A stretch of DNA of 62,867 nt, the filler included, from Welwitschia mirabilis (Eukaryota), in assembly GCA_051453625.1 (NCBI GenBank). It is 3 parts of one record of this genome, joined end to end, with 100 filler letters (N's around TTAATTAATTAA, not from the genome) between each part and the next. Parts side by side here need not be neighbours in the genome. Positions count along the whole stretch, not along the records: positions 1 to 21,711 come from JBOZIK010000001.1; 2 more parts are not named here. One strand, written 5' to 3'. Below, piece by piece: positions 1 to 13,540 of this stretch; the first letter of the stretch is position 1; every line of letters starts with the position of its first letter. The position numbers and the translations under genes were made by a program. Below the pieces are notes generated by a model. The model searched no databases. It worked only from the letters and a program-made list of their open reading frames with translations, and was not told the origin of the DNA.

Positions 1-2700
1 TTTTTAAAAATAAAAGGATGCTCTTCAATGGACTCTAATTCTTTTAATTTCTTGGCCAATTAGATTGATTGTTTTTTCTTTTCTCAGGCAGCCATAATTT
101 TTCTTTGTTCTCCTATAAAACATGATCATCTAAATTTATAGTTATCTATGGCTTCTTTAGTTACTGCCTTTTTACCTCTACTTCTTCCTCTTGAAGGAGC
201 CCTTGGGTGCTTTGGGTCTTTTTTCTTTCTTGTAAAAGATATAGGAATTCTTTTCTTAGGACTTTGAGGTACATGTTCTACTTTTAAAGCTGCCTCAACT
301 TGTAATCCTACTTCTTAAGTTTGTCTTATAGGGATTGTATACATTTCTGATGTATTCTTGTTTTTTAATTTCAAAAAAAAAATTTGAAAAAGTTCATCTT
401 ATAATGATTATATTTTTCACAATTCTATTTCTACATGAACATAATTTCTAACAATCTTGAGGGGACACTATAAAAATTTTCATATCCATTTCACATTCTT
501 ATACTAATTTATAAAATGTTCTAGCCATATCATTTAGAAAATTTTTAAATTCTTTATTAGAGGCTTCATTTTATTTCTATACAATTTCATTCCTTAAGAA
601 TTTAACATATTTTTTTACAATTATTAAAATTTTTACTTAGCTTTAATCACCTCCCAAAGGTCTTTTAATGATACTTTTTAATTACTCTTCAAATCTATTA
701 ATAAAATCATAGCTTCTAAGGATAGTAATCAAGGCTTTATGGAACTATCGATTTCTCATGCCTAAAACTAATTCTCTTATCCAACTTAACCTCCATTAGA
801 TGAATTTTATGGAGTAATATCATATTTTATCTTTTTAAATTTTGAATAATAATTTAGGTAGATTCTAGACATATTACTTTAATATCCTTCTTCAACTTTA
901 CAAGAGATTCTTCCAAAACATTTGCAATACATAGCTTTATTTTATTTTCAATTTCATTAGTCAAAGTTGAAGAGGTTGAAAGAATATTTTGGATCAAGCT
1001 TAGTTCTCTTCTAATCTTCTTTTTTATTTCTAAAGTCATATGCTTAATGGTTGAATCTTAACAAGGTTGACTAGAAGATCTTGCTTCTCTTGGTTCATTC
1101 TTGAGAGCCTTATTTTATTCTATCATTTAATCGATGGCTCTCTTATTTTCTTTCAAAATGAAATGATAATAACCAAGTAAATTTTTGGCTTCAAGCTATT
1201 TACATCTATATTCTTGGGCTTCTTTCTAAATCTTCATATATTTTTCATTTATTCCTTTTAAGTCTATGTAGATTTTATCTAAATATTCCCTACTCAAAGG
1301 CAGAAGCACTTTGTTATGCATAAATGTAATGAATTTTTTTTAATGCTCTATATATTTAGCATAATATTTTTTGCTTCAAGTCAAATTCTATAATAAAGAT
1401 ACCAACAGTTTTGATATTTCTTATAGAAAAGTATCTAATCCTTTCCTATCTTAGGTAGCAGTGTTCAATTTAGCAATGCATTCATAAGCTCTCTATAATT
1501 TCCTACTCATGTCCTTGTAGAATTTAGAGAGATAAATATTTTATTCCTTTTTAATTATTTTCTATTATGATCTTTAAGTATTTTCTAGTTTTTAATTTAA
1601 TTTTTGTCATAAAACTTTTTTCTTGATTTGAGATCATCAACTTAATTTTGCAATTCTGATATTCCTCCTTTTCTACTAAGACAGGTTTGAATTTCATCTT
1701 TAACTAAGTGTAAAACATTACAAAGAATGTCAATTTTATCTTCTTCTAGTACTTTAAAGAACTAACCAGACTATAGTGGATGGGAGGAAAGGAGTTCTTC
1801 AACATAGAATTGTGTTAGATCTTGGCCCATATTTACAAAAGGCAGTAATAAAGAAAGACTCCAAGGAGAAGAAGAGGGCTCACTTAGGTTTGGTTGAGAA
1901 GTTTCTTATATCCCATGCTTTTTAAAAGACTTAATTCTTTGATTCCAAATAGACTCTGAATTGTTAAATCTACATAGGACTTAGTTGATCAAAATGGAAT
2001 TTTGTTTTTAGTTAATATTTAGACTATTAAAGATGGAAATACTACCCCTACTATATGAGAAGCTCCTATTTCAACTTTCCTCATTTTTAAAATATGTCTA
2101 ACCAAACCCAAAAAGATTTCTTTTGTAATATTAACATTTGTTTGATTTGTCTTATCCTTTTCATTTGCTATCATATATAGGCTAGGTAATGTGATATTTT
2201 TTTCTTTATGTAGTATTGGTATCAAATTACTAGTCACAATTCTTGAAATAATGAAAATTCAAGCTCTAAATCTTTATTTAGTAGAATTTTTCATTTCACT
2301 ACCACCCTTCCTAAAAGATTCATACTTAAATTTTTATCTTATTTTCTACTTGTGTCCTTAATGGATTTACCTCTAGATGGTAGCTGTAACATTTCTATAA
2401 TATGTTCTTAAGTAATTAATATTCTTTTATCATCAATAATTTTTCCTAGTACATTTTTCTTATCATTAGGTCTTAAATTCTTATAAAACTTCTAGACAAA
2501 TTCTAAAGTAAATCTATCATTCATGCTTAATCATTCATGCCATCCTAATTCAATGATTCTTTGTTTAAATTCTACTAAATAAGGGTTTAAAAGTACATTT
2601 TCAAAATTCAATGAAGAAATAATTTTGCATTTTATCAAATTATCATAATTGTTTGAGTTACAAAAGGTCATTTTAAAGGCTTATTAGAAAAACATTTTGA
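1..2700 (-). pseudogene. Degenerate env-like/extra ORF of Athila type (Transposase_32-like N-terminal region), possibly more than one ORF
   Basis: Manual translation near 2640-2380: ...IIELGWHE*LSMNDRFTLEFV*KFYKNLRP...KRILIT*EHIIEMLQLP, matching the GW..L/V.EFY.NL/I...L.LP pattern of Athila extra ORFs. ORF fragments 2019-2237 and 854-1039 lie on the same strand. Confidence 0.6.
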
Positions 2701-3077
2701 AGAAAAACTACTTAACATATAATGTTCGAGAAACAACTTTGCATTTATTAAATAGGTCTTTTTGAAATAATATAAAATGTTTTCTCAACTTTTTGTTGTT
2801 TATTTTATGAATTTGTCACTCATGGTTAACCATTCATACCATTCTAATTCAATAATTCTCTATTTAAATTCTACTAAATAGGGGGCTAAAAGAGCATTCG
2901 CAAAATTCAATGAAGAAATAATTCTACTTTTTGTCAAATTTTGAGTTAGACAAGTTTTCTTTAAAAGCTTATTATAAAAATGTATTAAAGAAAAACTACT
3001 TTTTTAATAATGTTTGAGAAACAATTTTGTATTCTTTAAGTAGGTTATTTTGAAAGAATATAAAATGTTTTCTCAAA
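2510..3077. repeat. Diverged tandem duplication, unit about 300 bp
   Basis: 'catgcttaatcattcatgccatcctaattcaat...tataaaatgttttctcaa' (~2521-2788) recurs as 'catggttaaccattcataccattctaattcaat...tataaaatgttttctcaa' (~2821-3077). Confidence 0.85.
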
Positions 3078-4691
3078 ATTTAACCCCCACATTAAATCTT
3101 ATATACTCATGAATGCTAAAAATAATAAAATTAGACATATCTAAAAATTTTGTATGAGGTTGTTCCATCATAATCTAAGAGACTTAAGCATAAGAAAGCA
3201 TGAGAAATTAGAATGTAAAAGTCACAATAAAATTAAATACTTGCTTCTCACTTAAAATAACTAAAATTTATGCCCACTTATTACATTTAATTTACATGTT
3301 TGAAGAGATTAAAAATTTTTGCTAGAAAATAGTTGGAAATGGAATTATGCCATGTGGGTGTTAACGTGAAAAATTAAAGGAAACATTGATAAAGAGAATA
3401 CTAAGAGCATTTAGTTGATATGAAATGGATATCATGGGGGCTGATGTGGGCTTAGTGACATGGAAAGAAGTCATTTATTGGTTTTTGATGGGGGTCATCA
3501 AGACTAAGAATGGAGTCATCTAGTTTGGTTTTAAGTGATTAGTTTGTAAAACAGAGTATTATATTTAAGTGGTTACCACTCTTTACAACAAAATGATTTA
3601 ACAAGGATTATTGAGAACTCTCAAGTTCTTGATAGGAGTCATCAAATTCATTGTGAAATCAACAAAGGATTTGAAGGAGGTTGTTGAGAACTCACAAGTT
3701 CTTAAATGATCATTTAAATCTTAGCCACTTAAATATAATTTAATAAGATAAAATAAAGAATTGAGATCATGTGAAACAAGATATAGAGAAAAGTTAAAGA
3801 GATCTTTTGAGAAAAGGATCCCATTCTTTAGTAATGGATTTCATAAGTTGACTTGAAATCTAACTCAAAGTTTCAACTTTAAGCTAGTATTAGTTAATAT
3901 TCTAGACTTGAATTATAGTGGATTGTCTTAAAATTTGAATTAAAGTTTTAATTTTAAGTCAATGTCAATCAACCAAGTGATGTTCTTCTATGCAGAATTT
4001 GAGTAACACACAAGCTGGGAGACAATTTTTTACATTTATTAAGTTGACTTGAAATCTTACTCAAAGTTTCAAATTTAAGTTAGTCTAAAGTAACTAGATA
4101 AACCTAGCCTAGAATTTTAACTTATAATAGTATACTAATAAGAGAATAATACAGGTAATATTCATCTTCTTATTATCTTCTAAAAATATGTTCTTTTTCT
4201 CTATACCATTAATCATGTTTTCATAATATTATCTAAAGGTTTTTATTAATTTAGAAATAAATTATAGGATTTCTCTTAACCACTTAGCAATTGATGATAA
4301 CACGAAATATGGTGGATCCCTATAAAGGCTTATAGCTCAAGAAACATTGTACTAATTATAAAATGAGTTGAAGTTCTAAATTCAAGTTGAATCTTGATCA
4401 GTTTGGAATTCACTAACTCTTGCTTTGATATACAGTTCACTGCTAATGCTTGGTACATCTTGGATTTTAGGTAAAATAGGTATGTAGTTCCTTTAAAATC
4501 TTTTACTTTATTACTAAACATGTGTTTACTAAGTATTTTAAGATAAATCATACTTGTTAACTTCATTAAGTAATACTCATGCTATAAACTTCATTCTTTC
4601 ATGCTGATCATTTATCATTTTTCATACTGCATTTTAGAGTTTCTTCACTTAATCCTATTCAATTCTTATCCTTTTGTCTTATTTAATCCTT

Positions 4692-6089
4692 ATGACATCT
4701 ACTCCTCCTCACTCTTCCATTATTACTTCAAGTTTTAAAAATGTAAAGAACTACCTTTTTAACTTAGACTCTACATTTATTGACATGTATATGAGAAGTG
4801 TAGAATTCCAATCCCCTTAAATTTTAATTAGGTATCAAAATGAGGTGTATTACTCACTATATTATGGTTATAAATCAACTATAAGGTCTTAAATATCTTA
4901 GATACCTTTATTACTAAATCTAACAGAGTAAACTTTGAAAATGGGGTAATTCCTCAATGTTTTAGCTTATGATTCATCATTTGATAGCTAAGTATTTGAG
5001 GGTTAGGATAAAATAATTATGTTGAAAACTTAATCAAGAAGACTNNNNNNNNNNNNNNNNNNNNNNNNNNNNNNNNNNNNNNNNNNNNNNNNNNNNNNNN
5101 NNNNNNNNNNNNNNNNNNNNNNNNNNNNNNNNNNNNNNNNNNNNNNNNNNNNNNNNNNNNNNNNNNNNNNNNNNNNNNNNNNNNNNNNNNNNNNNNNNNN
5201 NNNNNNNNNNNNNNNNNNNNNNNNNNNNNNNNNNNNNNNNNNNNNNNNNNNNNNNNNNNNNNNNNNNNNNNNNNNNNNNNNNNNNNNNNNNNNNNNNNNN
5301 NNNNNNNNNNNNNNNNNNNNNNNNNNNNNNNNNNNNNNNNNNNNNNNNNNNNNNNNNNNNNNNNNNNNNNNNNNNNNNNNNNNNNNNNNNNNNNNNNNNN
5401 NNNNNNNNNNNNNNNNNNNNNNNNNNNNNNNNNNNNNNNNNNNNNNNNNNNNNNNNNNNNNNNNNNNNNNNNNNNNNNNNNNNNNNNNNNNNNNNNNNNN
5501 NNNNNNNNNNNNNNNNNNNNNNNNNNNNNNNNNNNNNNNNNNNNNNNNNNNNNNNNNNNNNNNNNNNNNNNNNNNNNNNNNNNNNNNNCTATATTATGGT
5601 TATAAATCAACTGCTAGGATCTTAGATACCTTAGACACCTTCATTACTAAAGATGATAGAAAATGTTTTGAGAATGAAACCATTCCTCCAAGATTTGACC
5701 CCATGATTTATCATTTGATGGCTGAGTACCTAAGGATTAAGATAGAAGAATTAGGTCAGCAACTTAATCAAGAAAACTCAACTTATAGTGTTTTCTTATG
5801 CCATTTAGTTAGATGGATGCAAGTATTATAAAAGAAAGTTGAGCAACTTTAAGACACCAATCCTACACTAATTTTTAATAGGGAGAACATAGAAAAAATG
5901 ATATGGAATGAAAAGCCTTATAAGAATTTTTGATGAGCTTATCCTAAGGAAATAAGCATGCAAGAAAAATCCTTAAGTAAGATGAACCTACTAGCCTTGA
6001 GGAAGAGTTCTACAAAGTCATTTAAGACTACTAAAAGGAAGAACAAGTTCTCTGACCACTTCAATAATTATGTTACTTTATCAGAGTGA
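4692..6089 (+). pseudogene. Decayed ORF of unknown function, antisense to element A
   Basis: ATG at 4692 (MTSTPPHSSIITSS...YYSLYYGYKST). After the gap, about 80 open codons from 5589 (LYYGYKSTARILDTLDTFITK...LVRWMQVL), continuing in frame through a few TAA/TGA stops to TGA at about 6089. Confidence 0.5.
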
Positions 6090-7272
6090 TTTATTCCTTA
6101 GTTTTAAATAGTTTGAACAAGACTTTTATCCCCTTTGTGAGTAATTATGTAATAATTTTCTTTATCTAATGAAGTTTCTATTTCTTATTTTTTTAAAATA
6201 AATTTACCTTATGACTATTTTCTATTTTTTTATGGATATATTAATTTTATTAAAGGGAATTCATACTAAATAACTTATGAAATTGTTAAGATAACATGAA
6301 ATGATTTTAAAACTCTGAATCTTTACTCTTTGCTAAAATAGAATTTAATAATTGTGCATGATATTAAATTGAAGATTCTTGAATTTACATTCCATCACAT
6401 ACTAGAATAAAAATTTTCTTTTCTTTCTTTTTTCTTTTTTTCCTTTTTTTATAAGTTGTAATATATAGTTGTAGCCTTGGTAACTAGTTGTGTCTCAAAT
6501 GACTCCTAAGGCATAACTATTCCTTAACTTTTATTTATCACAACTTAAATTTCTAATCATGATGAGGAGAATTCAACCACTATTAAAGAATTAAGGACTT
6601 ATAAGATTTAAAAAAAAAAAGGANNNNNNNNNNNNNNNNNNNNNNNNNNNNNNNNNNNNNNNNNNNNNNNNNNNNNNNNNNNNNNNNNNNNNNNNNNNNN
6701 NNNNNNNNNNNNNNNNNNNNNNNNNNNNNNNNNNNNNNNNNNNNNNNNNNNNNNNNNNNNNNNNNNNNNNNNNNNNNNNNNNNNNNNNNNNNNNNNNNNN
6801 NNNNNNNNNNNNNNNNNNNNNNNNNNNNNNNNNNNNNNNNNNNNNNNNNNNNNNNNNNNNNNNNNNNNNNNNNNNNNNNNNNNNNNNNNNNNNNNNNNNN
6901 NNNNNNNNNNNNNNNNNNNNNNNNNNNNNNNNNNNNNNNNNNNNNNNNNNNNNNNNNNNNNNNNNNNNNNNNNNNNNNNNNNNNNNNNNNNNNNNNNNNN
7001 NNNNNNNNNNNNNNNNNNNNNNNNNNNNNNNNNNNNNNNNNNNNNNNNNNNNNNNNNNNNNNNNNNNNNNNNNNNNNNNNNNNNNNNNNNNNNNNNNNNN
7101 NNNNNNNNNNNNNNNNNNNNNNNNNNNNNNNNNNNNNNNNNNNNNNNNNNNNNNNNNNNNNNNNNNNNNNNNNNNNNNNNNNNNNNNNNNNNNNNNNNNA
7201 CCAAAGGCCCCTCTTAGAAATGTTTTTCTTGGTGCACTTGCACTACAAAATTTTGATTTTTATATATTTGTG

Positions 7273-7276
<4 letters not shown>

Positions 7277-7311
<35 letters not shown>
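7277..7311. repeat. (TA)n microsatellite
   Basis: Direct reading. Confidence 0.95.
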
Positions 7312-7314
<3 letters not shown>

Positions 7315-7499
7315 CACTAGAATAGATTCTATCATGTGATGAAGCATGTCTTCTTAATCTTCTTAATAAAGATAATATATTGTCTTCTATTAAAGCCTTA
7401 CCAGGTTAGCTTCTTACATTAAAATCATTATATTTATCTTGAAAAACCTAATAAATTGATAGATTAAATGAACTTTAAACAAATGATATGTCCTTTATT

Positions 7500-10400
7500 A
7501 TCTAGCATAAAATTTTTTATTTTATAAGTTTATTGAAGTATTCTTTTCATCCTGTTAGGGTTTATTAAATAATGAATGAAATATTTATGATCATAATACA
7601 TTTTTATTCTCTGTTCATTTACTTGATAGATTACATTTCATTAAGATAATATATCTTTATGGTTCCACTTTCCAAAATTTTTATTATAGTATAATGCCCT
7701 ATCTAATTTTGTTTATATTTCTATTTTAAAGGGATCTTTTTAGGGTTATAGATTAGTATAAAATATCCCATATTAAAATTTGTTTTTCTTATCTTATTAT
7801 CATGATATATTTTAGTTTTCTGTTGCATAAGTTCTTTATGAAAAAGATCTTCTTTTTTGTTTTTATCCAAAATATTTATGTTTTCTATCTATAATTCTTA
7901 AGCTACATTCAAATTACACTTTAGTACCTTAGCTAATTTAAAGTTACTTATTCTAAATTTAATTAATAAAATAGCTCTTTTTTCATAGGCCAATTCATAG
8001 GATGTAAATACTATGCTATGTCTTCAAGTTATTCTATAATCCTATAGAGATTTATTTAATTATTAGATGAATCTATTTTCTTAATATTTATGAGTTTTTT
8101 TTAATATTGTATTAATTTCTCTATTAGTCACTTTAGCTTAAGCATTAGATTGAGGATGATAGGTAGTAGAGAGTTTATGATGGATTTCATGTTTATTTAG
8201 AATTATCTTAAAATTTTCATTAGTAAAATGAGTTCCTCTATCAGATATAATACTTTGAGGGGCTTCAAACCGATAGATAATATTCATAAGAAAAAGGATA
8301 ACTATGGTTTAGAAAGAATATCAAGATACAACCTTGGTCTCATCCCACTTAGTAAAATAATCAATGTAGACTAAGATATATATATATTTTTTCATAGGAG
8401 GAAGGATTTATAGGTATAATGAAATCTAGTCCCTAGAAATGAAGAGATTCAATTAGATAAATTCATTGTTATGGAATTTCTAACTTCTAGTTAAATTCTC
8501 CCTCTCTTTGACACTTATCACAAATTTAGACATTAGCATTTGAATCTTTGAATTATTGTGGAGTAGTAATATTCCATATGAATAATTTTTATCCCCATTT
8601 TTTTCATCATAATGTCCTTCTCCTTCTTCCTCATTATCTTCCTTTCCAATTTCTTTCTATAAATTTCTTCTACATATATTCTAATAACATGATCTACATC
8701 TTCTAAATAAGATCTTATCATGTCATATGTCATCTCTATATTTTCTTAACAATCTTTTTATTTTTTAAAACCTCATAAAAGATGGTGATTTCTTACTTAC
8801 AATGACATTTGCTATGTTAACATGCCATGGATTGGTTTTTACTTGAAAAATATGTTTATCTAGAAATTCATCTCTTATATTTATTTAGTATTTACCAAGA
8901 AATTCTAATCTTAAGAGATGATCTATTGCTACATTTTATGTCTCTCTTTTACTAATAATTTTTAAGTTAAATTACTGCATCAATAATATCTATCTCATAA
9001 TTTTTGAATTAGCATCTTTTTTATTCATTAAAAATCTACTAGCATTATGGTTTGTATGAAAATTTACTTTGTAATCTAGAATATAATGTTTGAAACATTC
9101 TAATATCATTAATATTGCTAACAACTTTTTCTTAGTTATTGTATAATTGTTTTGAGCTGGTTTAAAGTTCTTACTAGTATAAGCAATAGTATATCTTTTA
9201 TTATTTTCATCTTTTTGCCCCTAAAATGGCTTCCATAGCATGACTAGATGCATCAGTTATAATGTAAAATGGTCTTATCCCATTAGATCCCTATAAAATG
9301 GGTGCTGATAAAAGTTTATCTTTTAAAGTTTGGTAGGTACTTTAACATTCATTAATATAATTATATTTCACATCTTTCTATTAATGGTTACTTAGAGATT
9401 TAGCAATTTTACAAAAGTTAGATATAAATAATCTATTATATCCAATGTACCCTAAGAAATATCTTGATTTATTTAATTTGCTTGGAGGTGAAATATCTTG
9501 TATAGCTTTATTTTTTAATTCAATATTCTTAATCCTTTTTTGAGATATTTTATATCTAAAAAGTATGCCTTATGTCATCATAAGATGACTTTTTGACAAG
9601 CTAAGTTTTATACATTTCTCTTTACATATTTATAAAAAACTTTTTAATCTATTAAGTAACTCATCAAAATTATTTCTAAAAGTTGAGAAATCATCCATAA
9701 ATACTTTAATAGATCTTCCTATCATATCTTGAAAAATACTATTTACTAGCCTTTGGAAGGTAGCAGGGGCATTAGATAACCAAAATGCTAGTACTTTATA
9801 GGGATAAGTACCCCAATGACATTGATCCTTCAAAGCAATTGGAACCTCATTATGTCCATAAATAAAAGAGGAAAATGTTCTTTATAATTCATTGTATTAA
9901 ATATTTGAAAATCTATACAAACTCTCCATTTATTTTCTTTCTTTAGCACCACCATAACTAGAATAACTCATTGTGAATTGAATATAGAAGAGATGAATCC
10001 AACATCTAAGAGTTTAGAAATTTCTCATTTAATTATTTCCTACATAGGTAAATTGCATCTTCTCTTTGACTGTCTGCTCATTTTAATAGAATTATCCAAA
10101 TAAATTTTATGCTAAGTAAAATCTCATTTTCTTCTAATTAGCATTGTTTTGAGCTTTCTTTTCTAAGAAGGACTTAAAGAACTATTTATAATTAAGGGTC
10201 TATTTAGAGATACTTCAACATACTCTAATCCTTTATTAAGTAAAGTCTCTTATATTTTTTGAGATGTTAAATTTTTTTCTTCATCTTTTTCTTCATTTTT
10301 CTTAACTTCTTGTGTTAGAATTACATTAGCTCTAGCTTCTTTATTATGTGCCATCTCCTCTACAACTGATGCATTAGATAACTTGATCTCTTTCTTAAGA

Positions 10401-12590
10401 TCTCCTAAACTGATTTCCATTAGCCCTTTTCTAGAATAAATAGTAGCATCTATTGTAGTTATTTAAGGTCTTCCTAAAATTACTACATGAGTATATTCTA
10501 ATTATTCATTACTAAAAAATCTATCAAATAGATAAATCCCTATAGTTTAATGAGTATATCCTTTAAAATTCTTTTAGATATACTTTTCCTTAATAAGCTA
10601 TTAGTTTTGGATTTTCCAATTCTTCATAAGTCTTATATGCCATCAGATTAACACTTGCTTCTAAATCCATAAGTTCTTATACTTTAAGCTTCCTATCAAT
10701 CTTTATGTAGATTATACATGTTCCTAGATCATTGTACTTTTCATGTTATATATTTTAAAGAACTTGGGTCAAAGCTCATAAAACTTGATCATTTATAACC
10801 ATCTCAATTTGTTTTTCCTTTTTATTCCTTTGTTTTAAGTACATGATCTTCATTTGATTCTAATATGTAGGTACATATTTTAGTAATTTTAAAAGAGGTA
10901 ATGATATTGTTGTATCTTCTAAAACCTCTATTAAATATTCTATGTCCTTTTCAATTTTTATATGTTTTATTTTTTTACATCTTATTTGAAAAGGTAGAGA
11001 ACTCACTGATGCATTAACTACTTATTCCTTTTCTATGTTTACTCCTTCTTCAACTAGAGAACTATTTAAATTTGTTTTCTTTTCTTAGTCTTTATTTGTC
11101 ATCATCTATTTTCTAGATCTAGTAGTCACCACTTTACTTGTTTTTTTTCTTGGATTCGGTTGAGGTTGAGAAAAAATTTTTTCTTCTTTCTTCTCTACCT
11201 CTAATTTTTCTTATATATCTTTTGACTCTTTTTTTTTCAATTCTTATAGTAGTCATATTGCTCTTACCTTTTATAATTTACATACTTTTATAAAGGCTTT
11301 TCTGATTTACCTTTTTATTTCCTACTTTGATAAGGATATGACTTTTTTCTTATTTGAGATTAATTTCCTATTTTTAAATCTACTTTATTAATATCTAACT
11401 AATGAACAAATTCCTAAATCAAGGGATGTTCTATTCCTTCATGGTTATTTTCTTTATAATATTTGTATATATGTCCTTCTTTCTTTTTAAAGTGTTTTAC
11501 AAGTAACTGATTAAAGTTTTCTACTATACTATTAGTTACTTCTTTTATAAGACTAAAATGTTTTAAACTATACATACTACCATCTTTTTCTAGGGTAAAT
11601 ACTTCATTTACTCTTTTCTTCTTTTCACTTTCTTGTTTCCCTCCTTAACTCATGTTATAAAATTGAGTAATAGATTCTCCTACCTCTTGAACATTGTTTA
11701 TCTTGATTCTTCCTCTACATAGTAAGTCTAATTCCTTTAAAGTTCGATTCTATAGTCCTCTAAGAAAATCTCTAACCCATTTTGTAACTACAATTTCATG
11801 GTTAGAACATTTAGCTAATAGTACATTATATCTATCCATAAATTCATCAAACCTTTCATTATATTTTTGTTTAATAATCAAATTTTTTTCTCTTAAATCT
11901 TCAACTATCCTTATGGGTTGAAATTTAGCTAAGAAAGCATTCTTAAGAATTCCATATGAACTAAAAGCATGGTTAGGATTTCTATGATACCATAGCTGAT
12001 CTACCACTTAAAAACAAAAAAGGAAAATACCTCAAAAAATCAGATTCTAAATTAATATAATTTACTTTATAGAATACATTAAATAAACTTAAATTCAATA
12101 GAGGTTCTTCTAATTTATTTCCCTCAAAAGTGTGTATTGATGTTATATTTATATTTTTCACTTTTTTTTAGTGTGTTTTAAGGCTATAGAATTAATAGGA
12201 CTTGAATCTTCTAGTAAATGAACTTTATAATTCAAAGGTCTTAAATCTCCATCATCTTCTCGATATCATTCTACTATAAATTTCTTCTCCAGTTTATTTA
12301 TCTTAACTATTTGGGAATATTTTCCTTAAGTAAGAGATGATTTAAAAAGAGTAAGTACTCACTATTCTATTTCATTCATTAATTTAAAAAAGATTTATTC
12401 TTTCATAGTCTTTTGAAGGATGGTTTCATCCATCATAAAGTCTTTCTCTTATATTTCTATTTTAATCTTCCTTCTAGTCTACTCATCCAAATCATATTTA
12501 TTAGGGTACTTAACATACCTACCTTTCTCATCCTTTTATTTTCCTTGGCTATCTTACTAGATTATAGACTTTTTTCTCTCTACTAGTTGG
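7500..12590 (-). pseudogene. gag-pol pseudogene of element A (GAG-PR-RT-RNaseH-IN)
   Basis: Retrotrans_gag-like ORF 11750-12007 (LKNAFLAKF..Q..E..RY..L..C..H..FLRGL); PR 'LMDLEASVNLM' ~10640-10675; RT 'NAPATFQR..KVFMDDF' 9630-9833; RH 'IITDAS' ~9255; IN 'YHPQSN..NREI' ~8120-8165. Many stops and frameshifts. Confidence 0.93.
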
Positions 12591-12600
12591 CTTTAAGACA

Positions 12601-12621
12601 ATCCTTCTTCTAGCATCAAAA
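12601..12621 (-). promoter_or_regulatory. Primer binding site, tRNA-Asn type (decayed)
   Basis: Minus strand reads ttttgatgctagaagaagg, which differs from TGGCGCTAGAAGGAGG (complement of the plant tRNA-Asn 3' end CCTCCTTCTAGCG-CCA) only by transitions. Confidence 0.7.
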
Positions 12622-13540
12622 TAATGAAAGCTTATATTAAGAAATAAATATAGAAAATACTATGAAATTATGCTAAAAATTTCATAAAATGATGATGTTA
12701 TTAATCTAAAATAAGCGGTTTACTAAAGAACTAGTTAATACACTAATACTTGAACTATTTAGTTTAAAATGCATCATCAAGATAAACTCATGATGAAGTT
12801 ACTTGAGCCAGTCAGGTTAATAATTAATAATTTTACTATATACATATATCACATTAGGGGGAATGAAGAAAATGGAAAAACATAATATAAGTTTCACTAA
12901 ACACTAAAAATACTTATTTCTAAGCATTGCTAATTATTCTAAATCATGTTCAGCTACATAAAAAAAAGTGAGTACAAGAGAATATTACTTTTTTAAGTAA
13001 TGAAACATGTCCATAGTACTTCAAAAATATTAGCTTTTTACCTTCATATTAAATTATGAGAATGTTAAGATAGAAATGTAATGATAAGTTTATGCTTCCT
13101 TTACAGGTAATATTGTAACATTGGAAATGATGCCATGCCCTTTTGAGGATGTCTAAAGCTTTTCTTTGAACATTTTCTTAGTTCTATTTCTAGATCCTTT
13201 TTACCAAACAACCCTTACTCTCCTTGGTTATCTCCCCTTATACCCTTTAGCCCTTTTTATTTTATCTTCCTCTTTATTTCCTCCTAAAGAATAGGTTTAT
13301 AATTGAATTTGTTACTATATTTCTATCATCTTGATCTTCCTACTCATCCTCATGCCAAATGGCATTTTGTATGTGAAACATATATATATATATTGACTAA
13401 CTAAAATAATAACTAATTAATCTATTAACTAACTAGTATGTTAACTTAAATGATAAAGAGAAATATTGAATACCATAAAAAATATATAATTATAAGAATA
13501 AACTTTTTTTATTAATAAGAAAAATTTACATCAATATCAG
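12622..13540 (-). repeat. Probable 5' LTR of element A (outer end uncertain)
   Basis: Directly abuts the PBS; non-coding; no partner LTR in the window. Confidence 0.4.

Larger units (their letters stand above)
1..13540 (-). mobile_element. Element A: degenerate Athila-like Ty3/gypsy LTR retrotransposon (3' end off-window or missing; 5' LTR outer boundary approximate)
   Basis: Minus-strand order PBS(12601-12621)-gag-PR-RT-RH-IN, then 3' non-coding module and extra ORF; no chromodomain seen after IN. Continuity across the gaps at 5045-5588 and 6624-7199 is assumed. Confidence 0.75.

Noticed and set aside
3844-4085. Repeat of about 45 bp at 3844 and 4040 as a possible CRISPR-like array
   Set aside because: Only two diverged copies in a eukaryotic retroelement context.
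4857-5780. Duplicate segment either side of the gap (4857-5044 vs 5589-5780)
   Set aside because: Both start with an identical 24-mer at the contig edge, suggesting an assembly bubble joining paralogs; used only as comparative evidence.
5017-7204. Long ORFs 5017-5610 and 6608-7204 (also 31420-31611) in the ORF track
   Set aside because: They consist mostly of N-gap codons.
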